In this document: positions 10,902 to 23,500 of the stretch, piece after piece
Layout of the letters: the number at the start of each line of letters is the position of its first letter
Numbering within the stretch: the first letter of the stretch is position 1
NCBI GenBank assembly: GCA_051252375.1
Contig: JBPOFY010000001.1
Span: 695,827-759,826, forward strand
Direction of reading: 5' to 3'
From: Opitutaceae bacterium
Lineage (GTDB): Bacteria > Verrucomicrobiota > Verrucomicrobiia > Opitutales > Coraliomargaritaceae
Length of the DNA stretch: 64,000 nt
Position numbers and translations under genes: made by a program
The notes under the pieces: generated by a model
What the model was told of the DNA's origin: nothing
The model's database searches: none
The model's input: the letters and a program-made list of their open reading frames with translations, nothing else

Positions 10902-10948
10902 GTTAAATGCGGAATTCAGTCTCCTGAATCCTAACAGCTGCGAATCAA

Positions 10949-13042
<2,094 letters not shown>

Positions 13043-13265
13043 GATCTAATCTATTGTGTTTAAGAGTCTGTTTTAGATGGATTTAGAGAGCTTTTCGGAT
13101 CGCGAGATCAGCCCACGGTTTTCCAAAAAAGAGGCGGAGATTAGGACTCCGTGCAAATACTGCAAGGCAAGAAAATATATGATTTTCAGTATTGTTTCAG
13201 GTGGAATTGATTGAAAAAGAGCGTTGAGATCGGGGGGCTTCTAATTATGCAGGTTAGTTCTACTT

Positions 13266-14702
13266 ATGATTCATTACTCCAACTATATTAACGGTCAATT
13301 CGTCGAATCCTCTCATGGCGACACGATCACAGTGATTAACCCTTCGACCGGCGAGGCGATCTCGACGATTCCGAATAGCACTGCTGCGGAAGTCGATGCT
13401 GCGATCGATGCTGCAGAGGCGGCACAGCCAGCTTGGGGCGCATTACCAGCAATTGAGCGCGCAAAGCATCTTCATGTGTTGGCTGATAAGCTGCGTGAGA
13501 AGGTGGAGCCTTTGGCCCGCTGCATCACGGAAGAGCAAGGGAAGACGCTGGGGCTTGCTCGCGTTGAGGTGAATTTTACAGCCGACTATTTGGACTATAT
13601 GGCCGAATGGGGGCGCCGTATTGAGGGCGAAATTATCGAGAGTGACCGCCCGAAGGAGAATATTTTTCTTTTTCATAAGCCGATTGGAGTGGTGGCAGGT
13701 ATTTTGCCATGGAATTTCCCGTTCTTCCTGATCGCTCGTAAAATGGCGCCGGCTTTAATTTGCGGGAACTCTATTGTTCTCAAGCCTAGTGAAGAAACCC
13801 CGAACAACGCTTTCGAGTTTTGTAAGATACTTGCCGAAACAGATATTCCGGCTGGCTTGGTGAATTTGGTTTCGGGACTCGGTGCCGTTTCTGGTCGTGC
13901 CTTGACGGAGAATCCTAAAGTGGGGCTCATTAGTTTCACTGGAAGTGTCGAAACTGGTTCGCGCATCATGGGCGCCGCGGCGAAGCACATCACTAAGGTG
14001 AATTTAGAGCTCGGCGGTAAGGCGCCGGCGATCGTTACCGCCAATGCTGATCTCGATATGGCTGCGACTGCGATTCAAGCCTCTCGCGTGATCAACAGTG
14101 GTCAGGTGTGCAACTGCGCGGAGCGCGTTTACGTGCAGCGTTCAGTGGCTGAAGCGTTTACCGCGAAACTCGTGGAGAAGATGAAGGCTGCTCGCTTTGG
14201 TAACCCCCTGGAAGATGAGACGGTCGATTACGGACCAATGATCAATCAAGCCGGTTATGAGAAGATCGTCACTTTATTGGAGAGCTCAGTGGCTGCAGGC
14301 GCGAAGGTGCTTTGTGGTGGAAAGCGCGGCGGAGACGAAGGTGGTTTCTATTTTGAGCCGACAGTCGTCGGGGATTGCACGCAAGATATGGATCTTGTGC
14401 AAAAGGAAATCTTTGGGCCGGTGGTGCCGATTGTTATTTTCGATACGCTGGATGAAGCGGTCGCTATGGCGAATGATACGGAGTATGGACTGACATCATC
14501 TGTGTTCTCTAACGATATCAACGAAGCCATGAATCTCGTGGATGAATTGAACTTCGGCGAAACATACATCAACCGCGAGCACTTCGAGGCGATGCAAGGC
14601 TACCATGCTGGCTGGCGTAAGTCCGGAATCGGTGGTGCTGATGGCAAGCACGGTCTGTATGAGTTCATGCAGACGCAGGTCGTTTACATGCAACGTCACT
14701 AA
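13266..14702 (+). CDS. aldA: NAD-dependent aldehyde dehydrogenase, AldA (lactaldehyde DH)-like
   Basis: PWNFP, FTGS, ELGGK, GQVC, EIFGP, and a C-terminus (SGIGGADGKHGL...QTQVVY) typical of AldA. Confidence 0.85.
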   Translation: MIHYSNYINGQFVESSHGDTITVINPSTGEAISTIPNSTAAEVDAAIDAAEAAQPAWGALPAIERAKHLHVLADKLREKVEPLARCITEEQGKTLGLARVEVNFTADYLDYMAEWGRRIEGEIIESDRPKENIFLFHKPIGVVAGILPWNFPFFLIARKMAPALICGNSIVLKPSEETPNNAFEFCKILAETDIPAGLVNLVSGLGAVSGRALTENPKVGLISFTGSVETGSRIMGAAAKHITKVNLELGGKAPAIVTANADLDMAATAIQASRVINSGQVCNCAERVYVQRSVAEAFTAKLVEKMKAARFGNPLEDETVDYGPMINQAGYEKIVTLLESSVAAGAKVLCGGKRGGDEGGFYFEPTVVGDCTQDMDLVQKEIFGPVVPIVIFDTLDEAVAMANDTEYGLTSSVFSNDINEAMNLVDELNFGETYINREHFEAMQGYHAGWRKSGIGGADGKHGLYEFMQTQVVYMQRH

Positions 14703-14838
14703 GTCGCGAACTTCGAAGTCGTAGGTCGCCGTCTTTCGTCACGTGCCTCCGTCTTCGGGGTTCGGAGGCGTGTGTAGCTATATGTATGAAGTCAGCTTAG
14801 TATTGCCTTATTATGGGTCCTCTGAGTGTTTGCGTGTA

Positions 14839-15486
14839 ATGAAACGAGTATTTTTAATTGTGTGCGTGCTGCTGGGAGGGGGGACTTCGGTTCTTCAAGC
14901 TGCTTCTGATGGAGGCGCCAGTTACAACCTGTTGCTTAAGTATGAGTTGAACGACGATTGGTTTTTAATCTCACGTTCCAATATGGCTAGCCGATTTCAT
15001 TACGAGGATCATTTCTTTGGCTATACCGGCTTAGGTTTGGGTTACAATTTTGATAAGAACTGGAGTGTCCGGGTAGGCTATCGCCACGCGTGGATTCGAC
15101 CCGGCGAAGAGTGGCTAGAAGAAAATCGACCCTATGCAGAGGCTTACTATGCGAATGTGTATGACGGTTTTCGCGTGACTAATCGCAGTCGATTTGAATT
15201 ACGCTTATTCGATTACCGCGAGGACGATGTGCGCTTTCGAAATGAAGTCGTCGTCGAAGCGCCGTGGGAGTTTACCTCGTTGAAACTGAAACCGTATGTT
15301 GAAGAAGAATTTTTCTACGGCTTTGATCAGAGTCGGTTCGAAGCGAATTGGCTGGGCGGTGGTTTGTCCTGGAGGCCGATGAAGGGTGTGAAGCTGAAAA
15401 TCGGCTATCGCTGGGTGCACCAACGCATCGGAAAGAGCTGGTCCAACCGAAACGTCATCGTGACTGGCGTGAATTTCTTCTTCTAA
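14839..15486 (+). CDS. Outer-membrane beta-barrel protein, DUF2490-like
   Basis: Signal peptide from ATG 14839, ENRP, RSRFELR and RFRN motifs, alternating beta strands, terminal Phe. Confidence 0.7.
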   Translation: MKRVFLIVCVLLGGGTSVLQAASDGGASYNLLLKYELNDDWFLISRSNMASRFHYEDHFFGYTGLGLGYNFDKNWSVRVGYRHAWIRPGEEWLEENRPYAEAYYANVYDGFRVTNRSRFELRLFDYREDDVRFRNEVVVEAPWEFTSLKLKPYVEEEFFYGFDQSRFEANWLGGGLSWRPMKGVKLKIGYRWVHQRIGKSWSNRNVIVTGVNFFF

Positions 15487-16631
15487 CCGACCACGCTGGA
15501 GAGTTGGAAGATAGGTAGGAACATCGCCATAACGATGCCACCAATCACAATACCAAGGAAGCAGATCAAAAGCGGCTCCATCAACGATGTCAGTGCTTTG
15601 ACGAGTGTGTCCACTTCTGCGTCGTAGAAATCGGCTACTTTAACTAGCATGCCGTCGACGTTACCAGTTTGTTCGCCAGCCCGTGTCATGTGTTTGACCA
15701 TCGGAGGGAAGTAGGGGTCGTCGGCCACGACTTCGGATACCTGACCGCCTTGGCTGATGTGCTTGGAGACATTTTTGCAGGCTGCTTCGACGAAGACATT
15801 GCCTGATGCCGAAGCGACAATTTCCAGTGTGCGCAGAATCGGCACGCCTGAACGCATGAGAATCGCGTAGGTGCGGCAGAAGCGTGAAAGGTTCACTTTT
15901 CGCGCGAGTTCACCAATGACTGGGATTTTAAGGATAAGTGTGTCTTTGACCACTCGACCTTTGGGCGTGGCGACGAATTTCTTAATCAACCAAATGATCC
16001 CGAAGATGCCCGCGATGAGGAAAATGATGTAAGACTTCAAGAAGTCGCTGACTCCGATCAGGATTTGAGTCGGCTTGGGTAGTTCGGCTCCAAAGTCTTT
16101 GAACATGTCCGCAAAAACCGGAATCACGAAGATGAGGAGCACGTTGACCAAAATGACGGCTAGGCCGATCACGACCACAGGATAAACCAGCGCACCTTTG
16201 ACCTGCTTGATCAGTTTAACTGTGTCTTCAAAGTAGGTAGAGGTTTTGTCGAGGATTTCAGCGAGGCTACCGCTGGCCTCACCGGCTTCCACCATGGATA
16301 CGAAGAGATTTGGGAATGCCTTAGGATAATCACCACAGGCATCGGAAAAAGAGCGCCCGGCGGACACTTCGTTTTTCACATTGCGTATAATGACTTGAAA
16401 AACCGGATTCTCGGTTTGTTCTTCAAGGGCTTCGAGCGCGCTGACCAGAGGGAGGCCCGCTTCGAGCATGGCGGCGAGTTGTTGCGTGAAGACGGTTAAT
16501 TCAACCAGTTTTACCTTCTTACGCTTTGCCTGCTTCTCGTAAGACTTTCGTTTGGCCAGTCTCTGCCCTTCGGCGAAACTTCGTTTTTTGGAGCCGGAGG
16601 TGCTTCCGGAGGACGAATTGAGTGTAGCCAT
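15483..16631 (-). CDS. Type IV pilus/T2SS inner-membrane platform protein (PilC/GspF)
   Basis: FTQQLAAMLEAGLP, GEASGSL, ALVYP, GEQTG and EPLLI...MFLPIF motifs. Confidence 0.92.
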   Translation of the reverse strand: MATLNSSSGSTSGSKKRSFAEGQRLAKRKSYEKQAKRKKVKLVELTVFTQQLAAMLEAGLPLVSALEALEEQTENPVFQVIIRNVKNEVSAGRSFSDACGDYPKAFPNLFVSMVEAGEASGSLAEILDKTSTYFEDTVKLIKQVKGALVYPVVVIGLAVILVNVLLIFVIPVFADMFKDFGAELPKPTQILIGVSDFLKSYIIFLIAGIFGIIWLIKKFVATPKGRVVKDTLILKIPVIGELARKVNLSRFCRTYAILMRSGVPILRTLEIVASASGNVFVEAACKNVSKHISQGGQVSEVVADDPYFPPMVKHMTRAGEQTGNVDGMLVKVADFYDAEVDTLVKALTSLMEPLLICFLGIVIGGIVMAMFLPIFQLSSVVG

Positions 16632-16807
16632 ATTTGTATCGTGGTAGGTTTCTAACTACGGGATTGTTGTTATCTGCGGGGCACATGCAAGTTTTCGTGT
16701 CGGCATAAGGGCTTATTTATGGATTTTGACACGAATTTTAGTGAATTTACAGTGCCTGAGCCGTATCGTCGCTCGTAAATGGGGTGAAAAAACAGTGCGA
16801 TCTCGCC

Positions 16808-16836
16808 TTGACAGAGCGCGAGCAAGAGGTTTCTCT
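16808..16836 (+). promoter_or_regulatory. Putative sigma70 promoter of the rpmH operon
   Basis: TTGACA-N17-TTCTCT upstream of rpmH. Confidence 0.5.
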
Positions 16837-16872
16837 CCACCGCTTTTCTACAATTTTAAAGGATAACACATC

Positions 16873-17028
16873 ATGGGACCTACATACAGACCTTCTAAAT
16901 TACGCCGCGCTCGCAAACTTGGTTTTCGTGCACGCAATGCAACACGCGGTGGCCGCAAGGTTCTCGCAGCACGCCGTGCTAAAGGCCGCTACCGTTTAGC
17001 CGCGAGACCTTCCGTCAAGCCAGTTTAG
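16873..17028 (+). CDS. rpmH: 50S ribosomal protein L34
   Basis: Translated by hand (below the ORF-track cutoff): [51 protein letters not shown]; lies directly before rnpA. Confidence 0.95.
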   Translation: MGPTYRPSKLRRARKLGFRARNATRGGRKVLAARRAKGRYRLAARPSVKPV

Positions 17029-17044
17029 CAGGAAGCATGATGCC

Positions 17045-17419
17045 ATGGGCGTCCCTGCATCACAGCGCTTGCGCAAGCAAAGCGATTTTCGACAGATCCG
17101 CAGTCAGGGTATCCGTATCCACTGCGGGTCTTTCATTTTTCAATGTTTGCAACGTAGTGAGGACTCCGCAGCGCAGTCTCGATTAAGCGTGATCGCTAGT
17201 CGCCGAGTGGGCAACGCGGTGAAACGTAACTACGGCAAGCGGATGTTGCGCGAAATTTTCCGCAAGAATCAAGCCGCACTGCCGCCTAATACTGACGTAG
17301 TCATCGTGCTGCGCGGCAGTTACGATACACAAAGTTATGCTCAATTGGAGGCTCGTTATTTGAAAGCCTGCGGTAACTTTTCGAAAAACATTGTGCCCAC
17401 CAAGGAGACCGAAGCGTGA
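17045..17419 (+). CDS. rnpA: RNase P protein component
   Basis: RL...DF and [14 protein letters not shown] (RNR motif); synteny. Confidence 0.93.
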   Translation: MGVPASQRLRKQSDFRQIRSQGIRIHCGSFIFQCLQRSEDSAAQSRLSVIASRRVGNAVKRNYGKRMLREIFRKNQAALPPNTDVVIVLRGSYDTQSYAQLEARYLKACGNFSKNIVPTKETEA

Positions 17420-17736
17420 TGAAAGCTCCTGCTCAACGACCTTCGATACTCGCGGTAAGTGCTGCGGGTCTGGTGCGCTTATATCAATTAATCGTTTCCC
17501 CGATTAAATATTTATTTTTTGGCCCAAGTTGTGGTTGTCGTTTTCATCCCACTTGCTCCTGTTATTCGCACGCCGCCCTGCTTAAACACGGCTTTTGGCG
17601 CGGGTCACTACTCTCATTGCGAAGGATTCTTCGCTGCCATCCTTGGCATCCCGGCGGAGAAGATCCTGTTCCAGACTTGAAAAGCGAGTCGAGACAAGAC
17701 ATCTCAGCACCCTTCAATACACATTTAGATGGATAA
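17416..17736 (+). CDS. yidD: Membrane protein insertion efficiency factor
   Basis: CRFHPTCS and [17 protein letters not shown] motifs. Confidence 0.93.
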   Translation: MMKAPAQRPSILAVSAAGLVRLYQLIVSPIKYLFFGPSCGCRFHPTCSCYSHAALLKHGFWRGSLLSLRRILRCHPWHPGGEDPVPDLKSESRQDISAPFNTHLDG

Positions 17737-19561
17737 AAAGAACACATTTCTAGGCGTAATCTGCATCGTAGCCGGTATTGGCTTCATGTTTTGGCAAGCC
17801 AAACAAGTAGAGGAGCAGCGCGAGCAGCAGCTTTTAAATGCGCCTGTCGTGGCGGAGCCATCGGAGTCGTCGACTCCGGCTGACGCAGTCATGGCGCCCG
17901 GTGCGCCGAGTGATACTGCTGGCAATGAATCCATTCTCGGACTTCTCGCTAAAGATGTCGTCGATGAAGCGGAAGTAGCAGTTCAGGTCGCAGTTGCGAC
18001 CGTTGAGGAACAGACAGTTGAGCTCGCCAATGACTTTATCGAAGTTGATTTCACGACACGCGGTGGTGCGATTCGCACGGTCTCCTTTCTCCAAACAAAA
18101 CGCGGAGAGCGTGATGACTATATTTTCAATGACGAGGGTCTGTTGCCTGCGCTTAGCTTGAGTTTGAATGATGGCGGCAAAATGCACGAGGTTGCGTTGG
18201 ATTATGCAATCGAGTCGCGGACCTATGATTCGATTACCTTTGTCCTTGATAGCGGAGATGGACTCGTCATTCGCCGGACTTACACGCTTTCAAACGGCGA
18301 TGAGGATCACGATCCATACTCCATCCGCCACACCACGACATTCAGCAACAACGGAAGTGCGCCAAAATCGCTCGCTACGATATATCTGAATCTGGGCACA
18401 GCACGTCCGATCTCCAAGAATCCGTTGCCCACGTATTTGACAGTGGGCTACTTTGATGGCGAAGACGCCGATTTTGTTGCGATCAACAAGTTGACTGGTG
18501 GAAAAGGTTTTCTCGGCATCGGTGCGAGCGATCCAAAGGATGAGATCAAGAAAGATGCAGTTATTCAGTGGGCATCGGTAAAGAATCAGTTTTTTGCAGG
18601 TGTGCTTTCTTCGGAAACCGCAGGCAGCGAGTTGTATATTTATCCTGTTAAGGGCGAAGATGCGCTGGCCAGTGCGGACCCTGCCTTGGTTGGTATTTCC
18701 GGTAGTGCAGGTTATAAAATCGGCACGCTCGCCGCAGGAGAGACCGAAACCTTGGACTTTGATTTTTATGTTGGACCTAAGGAGTTCAAGCGCTTGCAGG
18801 CGATGGGTAACGAGCAGGACCGAGTCATGCAATTCGGTTTCCTTTCCTTTATCAGTAAACTGCTGCTCGCGTTCATGTATGCGATCCACTCGGTTGTGCC
18901 TAGTTGGGGTTGGTCGATCGTGATCATGACCATCTGTATCAAGACGCTCTTCTGGCCACTCACTGCCAAGGCTAGCCGCTCGCAAAAGCGCATGGCCAAG
19001 ATCCAAGCGCCGATGGCAGAACTGAAGGAAAAGTATAAGGACAATCCTCAACGTATTCAGCAAGAGACCTTGAAGCTGTTCAAGGAGCATCAAGTGAATC
19101 CAGTCGCTGGCTGTTTGCCGATGCTGATCCAGATGCCTATTTTCTTGGGGCTTTTCTATATGTTGCGCACAGCTTCTGAGCTACGCCATGAGCCGTTCCT
19201 GTGGGTCACCGATTTGTCTCAGCCTGATACATTGATGGAAATTGCTGGATTCCCGATCAACATCCTCCCGCTGATCATGGGTGCCACCATGTTCTTGCAA
19301 ATGAGTATGATGCCGGTCAATCCTTCGGCGGACCCCGCGCAACAGAAGATATTCAAGTTTCTTCCGTTTATCTTTTTAATCTTCCTCTATAATTTCTCTT
19401 CCGGCTTGGTGCTTTACTGGACATGTCAGAATATTCTCACTATTGTGCAGCAGAAGATTATTAACAACCAACCCGATCAACCTCTGAAGCCTGTCGCCGC
19501 CGCTGCGGCACCAGCGAAGGGTAAGGGTGGGGCACCTCGCACAAAGCCACGCAAAAAATAG
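17729..19561 (+). CDS. yidC: Membrane protein insertase YidC
   Basis: N-terminal TM and periplasmic domain, [34 protein letters not shown]. Confidence 0.96.
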   Translation: MDKKNTFLGVICIVAGIGFMFWQAKQVEEQREQQLLNAPVVAEPSESSTPADAVMAPGAPSDTAGNESILGLLAKDVVDEAEVAVQVAVATVEEQTVELANDFIEVDFTTRGGAIRTVSFLQTKRGERDDYIFNDEGLLPALSLSLNDGGKMHEVALDYAIESRTYDSITFVLDSGDGLVIRRTYTLSNGDEDHDPYSIRHTTTFSNNGSAPKSLATIYLNLGTARPISKNPLPTYLTVGYFDGEDADFVAINKLTGGKGFLGIGASDPKDEIKKDAVIQWASVKNQFFAGVLSSETAGSELYIYPVKGEDALASADPALVGISGSAGYKIGTLAAGETETLDFDFYVGPKEFKRLQAMGNEQDRVMQFGFLSFISKLLLAFMYAIHSVVPSWGWSIVIMTICIKTLFWPLTAKASRSQKRMAKIQAPMAELKEKYKDNPQRIQQETLKLFKEHQVNPVAGCLPMLIQMPIFLGLFYMLRTASELRHEPFLWVTDLSQPDTLMEIAGFPINILPLIMGATMFLQMSMMPVNPSADPAQQKIFKFLPFIFLIFLYNFSSGLVLYWTCQNILTIVQQKIINNQPDQPLKPVAAAAAPAKGKGGAPRTKPRKK

Positions 19562-19626
19562 TCGAATACTTCCCCTAGCTGTATTTTCAGCTTTTCACTA
19601 AATCACATATCTACATTTTATCGCTT

Positions 19627-20376
19627 ATGTCTGGACATAGTAAATGGGCTACAATCAAACGAGCTAAAGGCGCAACAGATGCCAAACGCGGCAAACTGTT
19701 TAGTGTGCTTAGTAAAGATATCACACTCGCGGCACGCGATGGCGGCGGCGACCCTGGATTCAACCCGCGCTTGCGCACGGTGATAGCGAAAGCCAAGGCC
19801 GCGAACATGCCGGCGGATAATGTCGATCGTGCGATTAAAAAAGGCACGGGCGAGTTGCCAGGTGTGGTATACGAAGAAATCGTCTATGAAGGTTATGCGC
19901 CTGGTGGCGTCGGTCTCATTGTTGAAGTGACGACGGACAACAAGAACCGTTCCGCCTCTGAAGTGCGTAGCACTATGGGTAAGAATGGCGGTAACTTGGC
20001 TGGTGTCGGAGCTGTGGCTTTTCAATTTGACCGCAAAGGTCAGTTCATCATCGATGCCAAGCAAATCGAAGAGGAGGCCCTAATGGATCTGACCTTAGAG
20101 GCTGGTGCGGAAGATATCAAAAACGAAGGCGATCACTTTGAAGTGATTTGCCCAATGGGTGAATATGATCATCTGACACAGGCATTGTCCGATAAAGAGG
20201 TGGAGTCTGAATCGGCCGATTTGGTCTATTTGCCCAACATTCTGGTTCCGATTGATGACATAGATACTGCCCGTAAAGTGCTTCATCTCATCGAGTTGCT
20301 CGACAACCTAGAAGACGTGAAAGCCGTCCACTCGAATCTCGATCTCGCTGAAGACTTATTGGGAGAGGACGAATAA
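19627..20376 (+). CDS. yebC: YebC/PmpR family protein
   Basis: MSGHSKWATIKRAK, YEGYAPGG and TDNKNRS motifs. Confidence 0.93.
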   Translation: MSGHSKWATIKRAKGATDAKRGKLFSVLSKDITLAARDGGGDPGFNPRLRTVIAKAKAANMPADNVDRAIKKGTGELPGVVYEEIVYEGYAPGGVGLIVEVTTDNKNRSASEVRSTMGKNGGNLAGVGAVAFQFDRKGQFIIDAKQIEEEALMDLTLEAGAEDIKNEGDHFEVICPMGEYDHLTQALSDKEVESESADLVYLPNILVPIDDIDTARKVLHLIELLDNLEDVKAVHSNLDLAEDLLGEDE

Positions 20377-20462
20377 TTGCATATTTCGTAGTAAAAACCG
20401 CTTGCCAAGAAGGAGAGAGGCTTACACCGTTAAGTCTTACAAACAGCAAACCCCATAATATT

Positions 20463-20717
20463 ATGCGCTTCAAAATCCTTGCCCTCCTTTCACTCGCCGT
20501 ATCGGCACTTGTATTCTCTGGTTGCGACGGCGGCCGCGCTCAAATGGAGAAAAAAGAAGCTAATCTGCTTGGCATAGCCTCTTATGAGCCTGACAGCTAC
20601 GAGCCTGCTGGCACTAACACATTTGCTGTTAGCACAGACGAGCTTTATGATCGTGATAATGTTCAAGGATCTAAGGTCACTCTTTTCTGGGGCTTGATCA
20701 CTCTGAAAGACTACTAG
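20463..20717 (+). CDS. Small hypothetical lipoprotein
   Basis: Lipobox FSGC after a hydrophobic signal; has its own terminator. Confidence 0.75.
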   Translation: MRFKILALLSLAVSALVFSGCDGGRAQMEKKEANLLGIASYEPDSYEPAGTNTFAVSTDELYDRDNVQGSKVTLFWGLITLKDY

Positions 20718-20740
20718 GTCTTTGTATTCATTTTATTTAG

Positions 20741-20769
20741 AAAGCCGCTCCGTAAGGGGCGGCTTTTTT
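20741..20769 (+). terminator. Intrinsic terminator
   Basis: aaagccgctcc-gtaa-ggggcggc followed by T6. Confidence 0.8.
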
Positions 20770-20810
20770 CTTGGCACAATGGCTCCTCTTCCGCGAGATA
20801 CGTTTCGAAC

Positions 20811-22427
20811 ATGCCGCATAATGTAGCCCACTATTTAGCCGAACAAGCACGCGAACAGCCGAAGGTTGCAGCTGTTCGTGCGCCGACCGGTCGTATGTCG
20901 GATGGATCGATTCGTTATACTGAGCGAAGCTTCGGTGAGCTGGAGGCAGAAGCCTCAGCGACTGCGCATTATTTTGCGGCGCAGGGAATCGCGCGCGGCA
21001 CTCGAGTGTTGTTGATGGTCAAGCCGGGCTTGGACTTGATTCGTATCGTGTTTGCACTGTTCAAGATCGGGGCGGTGCCCATCGTGATCGATCCAGGGAT
21101 GGGCTTGAGCCGGTTCCTTCGTTGTGTTCGGCATTCGCGTCCGACCGCAGTGATTGGGATTCCTGTGGCGATATGGATCGCACGCTTGTTTCGCCCCAGC
21201 TTTCGAGGTGTGTCGATTAAGCTACCAGTAGGGCGTGGCTTTGCAGGTCGTTTGGCAGTGTATGAGAGTCAGGGGCTGTTCCCTGTGGTGGAGTCTGCGG
21301 AAGATGAGCTCGCCGCGATATTATTTACCTCCGGTTCGACGGGACCTGCCAAAGGCGTGTGTTATGCGCACGGCATGTTCATGGCACAGGTTGAGGCGAT
21401 CCGAGCGCAGTATCAAATTGAACCAGGAGAGGTGGATCTGCCGATGTTGCCAGTGTTTGCCTTGTTTAACCCTGCGCTTGGTATGTGCACGGTGGTCCCC
21501 GAAATGAACCCGAGTCGTCCGGCTACGGTGGATCCGGCAAAAATTGTTCGCGCGATCCAGCAAAATGAAGTGACCAATAGCTTTGGTTCACCCGCGCTTT
21601 GGACGAAGATCGCACGGTATTGCGAAGCGCATGCGATTACGCTGCCGTCGATACGTCGTATCTTAATGGCCGGCGCGCCTGTGCCGCCTGCTCTCATGGT
21701 GCAGATGCAGAAGATCATTCCAAATGGTGAAATCCATACGCCATACGGTGCGACGGAGGCTTTGCCTGTCAGTTCGATTGCCGCGGCGGAAGTGTTGGAG
21801 GAGACCGCTAGTCGCACTCAAAATGGCGAAGGGACTTGTGTCGGAAAGCCACTGCCCGAAGTTTCGGTCAGAGTGATTGAGCCCGTGGACGGCGCGATTG
21901 CTGAGATCGGTCAGGTGGTGGATTGCTTGGAGGCGCAGGTCGGCGAAATCATTGCTCGCGGTCCATCTGTGACCAGAGGCTATGATCAATTGCCGGAGGC
22001 AGACGCTATTTCGAAAATTGCGGGTAGCGACGGGCATTGGCATCGCATGGGAGATATGGGTTGGCTCGATGCGCAAGGGCGTTTGTGGTTTTGTGGGCGT
22101 AAGGCTGAGCGGGTGATGACCGCCAATGGACCACTTTATACCGATTGCTGCGAAGCGATTTTTAATCAGCACCCACAAGTGTTTCGCTCGGCTTTAATTG
22201 ACGTGGGCAATGGAACGCCCGCGATTGTAATTGAATTGGAAAAAGACTCGGATGCTTCAGCTGGGGCTGACTTTATTGCGAAATTGAAGCAGTTAGCACA
22301 GTCGAATCCGGCAACTGCGTCGATTAAAGATTTCTTTTTTGAATCTCCATTCCCTGTCGATGTTCGGCATAATGCAAAAATTCATCGCCTGAGTTTAGCG
22401 AAAAAGTTTCGCCAAACTCAGAACTGA
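20811..22427 (+). CDS. oleC: OleC-like AMP-dependent ligase (olefin beta-lactone synthetase)
   Basis: IDPGMG, FTSGSTGPAKG, PYGATEALP, WHRMGD and the PVDVRHNAKI C-terminal motif; adjacent to an OleD-like gene. Confidence 0.8.
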   Translation: MPHNVAHYLAEQAREQPKVAAVRAPTGRMSDGSIRYTERSFGELEAEASATAHYFAAQGIARGTRVLLMVKPGLDLIRIVFALFKIGAVPIVIDPGMGLSRFLRCVRHSRPTAVIGIPVAIWIARLFRPSFRGVSIKLPVGRGFAGRLAVYESQGLFPVVESAEDELAAILFTSGSTGPAKGVCYAHGMFMAQVEAIRAQYQIEPGEVDLPMLPVFALFNPALGMCTVVPEMNPSRPATVDPAKIVRAIQQNEVTNSFGSPALWTKIARYCEAHAITLPSIRRILMAGAPVPPALMVQMQKIIPNGEIHTPYGATEALPVSSIAAAEVLEETASRTQNGEGTCVGKPLPEVSVRVIEPVDGAIAEIGQVVDCLEAQVGEIIARGPSVTRGYDQLPEADAISKIAGSDGHWHRMGDMGWLDAQGRLWFCGRKAERVMTANGPLYTDCCEAIFNQHPQVFRSALIDVGNGTPAIVIELEKDSDASAGADFIAKLKQLAQSNPATASIKDFFFESPFPVDVRHNAKIHRLSLAKKFRQTQN

Positions 22428-22444
22428 AAGTGAGATTTAAATAG

Positions 22445-23443
22445 ATGAAAATTTTAGTCACAGGTGGCGGTGGTTTTGTCGGCGGTTATGTCATCGAGCG
22501 CCTTTTAGCGCGTGGCTATGAAGTGCGTTCGATTGGGCGTTCGCCGCAACCCGCGCTCGAAGCAAAAGGCGTGGAGGTCATTTGCGGGGACCTGTCGGAT
22601 TTATCCATTGTTGAAGCAGCTTGTGCGGGAGTGGATGCGGTCTTTCACGTCGCAGCCAAGGCGGGCGTATGGGGGAGCTGGGATAGTTTTTATCAGCCCA
22701 ATGTGATCGGCACGCGTAATGTCGTTGCCGCATGTCGGAAACAAGGCGTCGGGCGACTGGTATATACCAGCACTCCGAGTGTGGTATTTAATGGTCAGCC
22801 TATATCGGGTGAGGGCGAAGAGATGCCTTATGGGCGCAATTGGCTTTGTCATTATGCGCATACGAAGGCGCTCGCAGAGGAGGAGACCTTGGCGGCTAGT
22901 TCTGATGTATTGAGGATTGTGGCGCTGCGGCCGCATCTGGTGTTTGGCCCCGGCGATCCACACCTTCTGCCGCGTGTAATCGAAAGTGCGGTGAGTGGTC
23001 GTTTGAAAATTATTGGCGATGGTCGTTCGCGGGTGGATGTTTCCTATGTCGGCAATGTGGCAGATGCTCATCTGAATGCCTTCGATGCTCTGCAAGAGCG
23101 CCCTGAAGTGGTTTCGGGGAAGGCATACTTTATTTCGCAGGGAGAGCCTGTAGAGTTGTGGCCCTGGGTGAATCGAATCTTAGAATCGCTGGGGCATGCG
23201 CCTTTAACGAAGAGGATCCCGTTGCCAGTAGGTTATGCGGCCGGTGCGTTGGCCGAATGCGTGTGGCACTTATTTAGAAAGCAGGGTGAGCCTCCGATCA
23301 CGCGTTTCGTTGCGGTCGAATTGGCGAAAGATCACTTCTTTAACATCGAGGCCGCATGTAATGACATTAAGTATAGTTGCCATGTGCCAATGGAAGCGGC
23401 GCTACGGTTGACTATTAGCGATCTTAAAGGACGAGGTTTTTAA
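22445..23443 (+). CDS. oleD: OleD-like 3-beta-HSD/extended SDR reductase
   Basis: TGGGGFVG, HVAAKAGVWG, TSTPSVV, YAHTK (YxxxK), LRPHL.FGPGD.HLLPR. Confidence 0.78.
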   Translation: MKILVTGGGGFVGGYVIERLLARGYEVRSIGRSPQPALEAKGVEVICGDLSDLSIVEAACAGVDAVFHVAAKAGVWGSWDSFYQPNVIGTRNVVAACRKQGVGRLVYTSTPSVVFNGQPISGEGEEMPYGRNWLCHYAHTKALAEEETLAASSDVLRIVALRPHLVFGPGDPHLLPRVIESAVSGRLKIIGDGRSRVDVSYVGNVADAHLNAFDALQERPEVVSGKAYFISQGEPVELWPWVNRILESLGHAPLTKRIPLPVGYAAGALAECVWHLFRKQGEPPITRFVAVELAKDHFFNIEAACNDIKYSCHVPMEAALRLTISDLKGRGF

Positions 23444-23500
23444 CGTTATTTTACCAGCTTCACCGTTGACGAGCTTATGGAATGCGAGTCCTATATCTGA

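Noticed and set aside
16784..16999. 71-aa ORF upstream of rnpA
   Set aside because: Wrong frame; the real gene is rpmH at 16873-17028.
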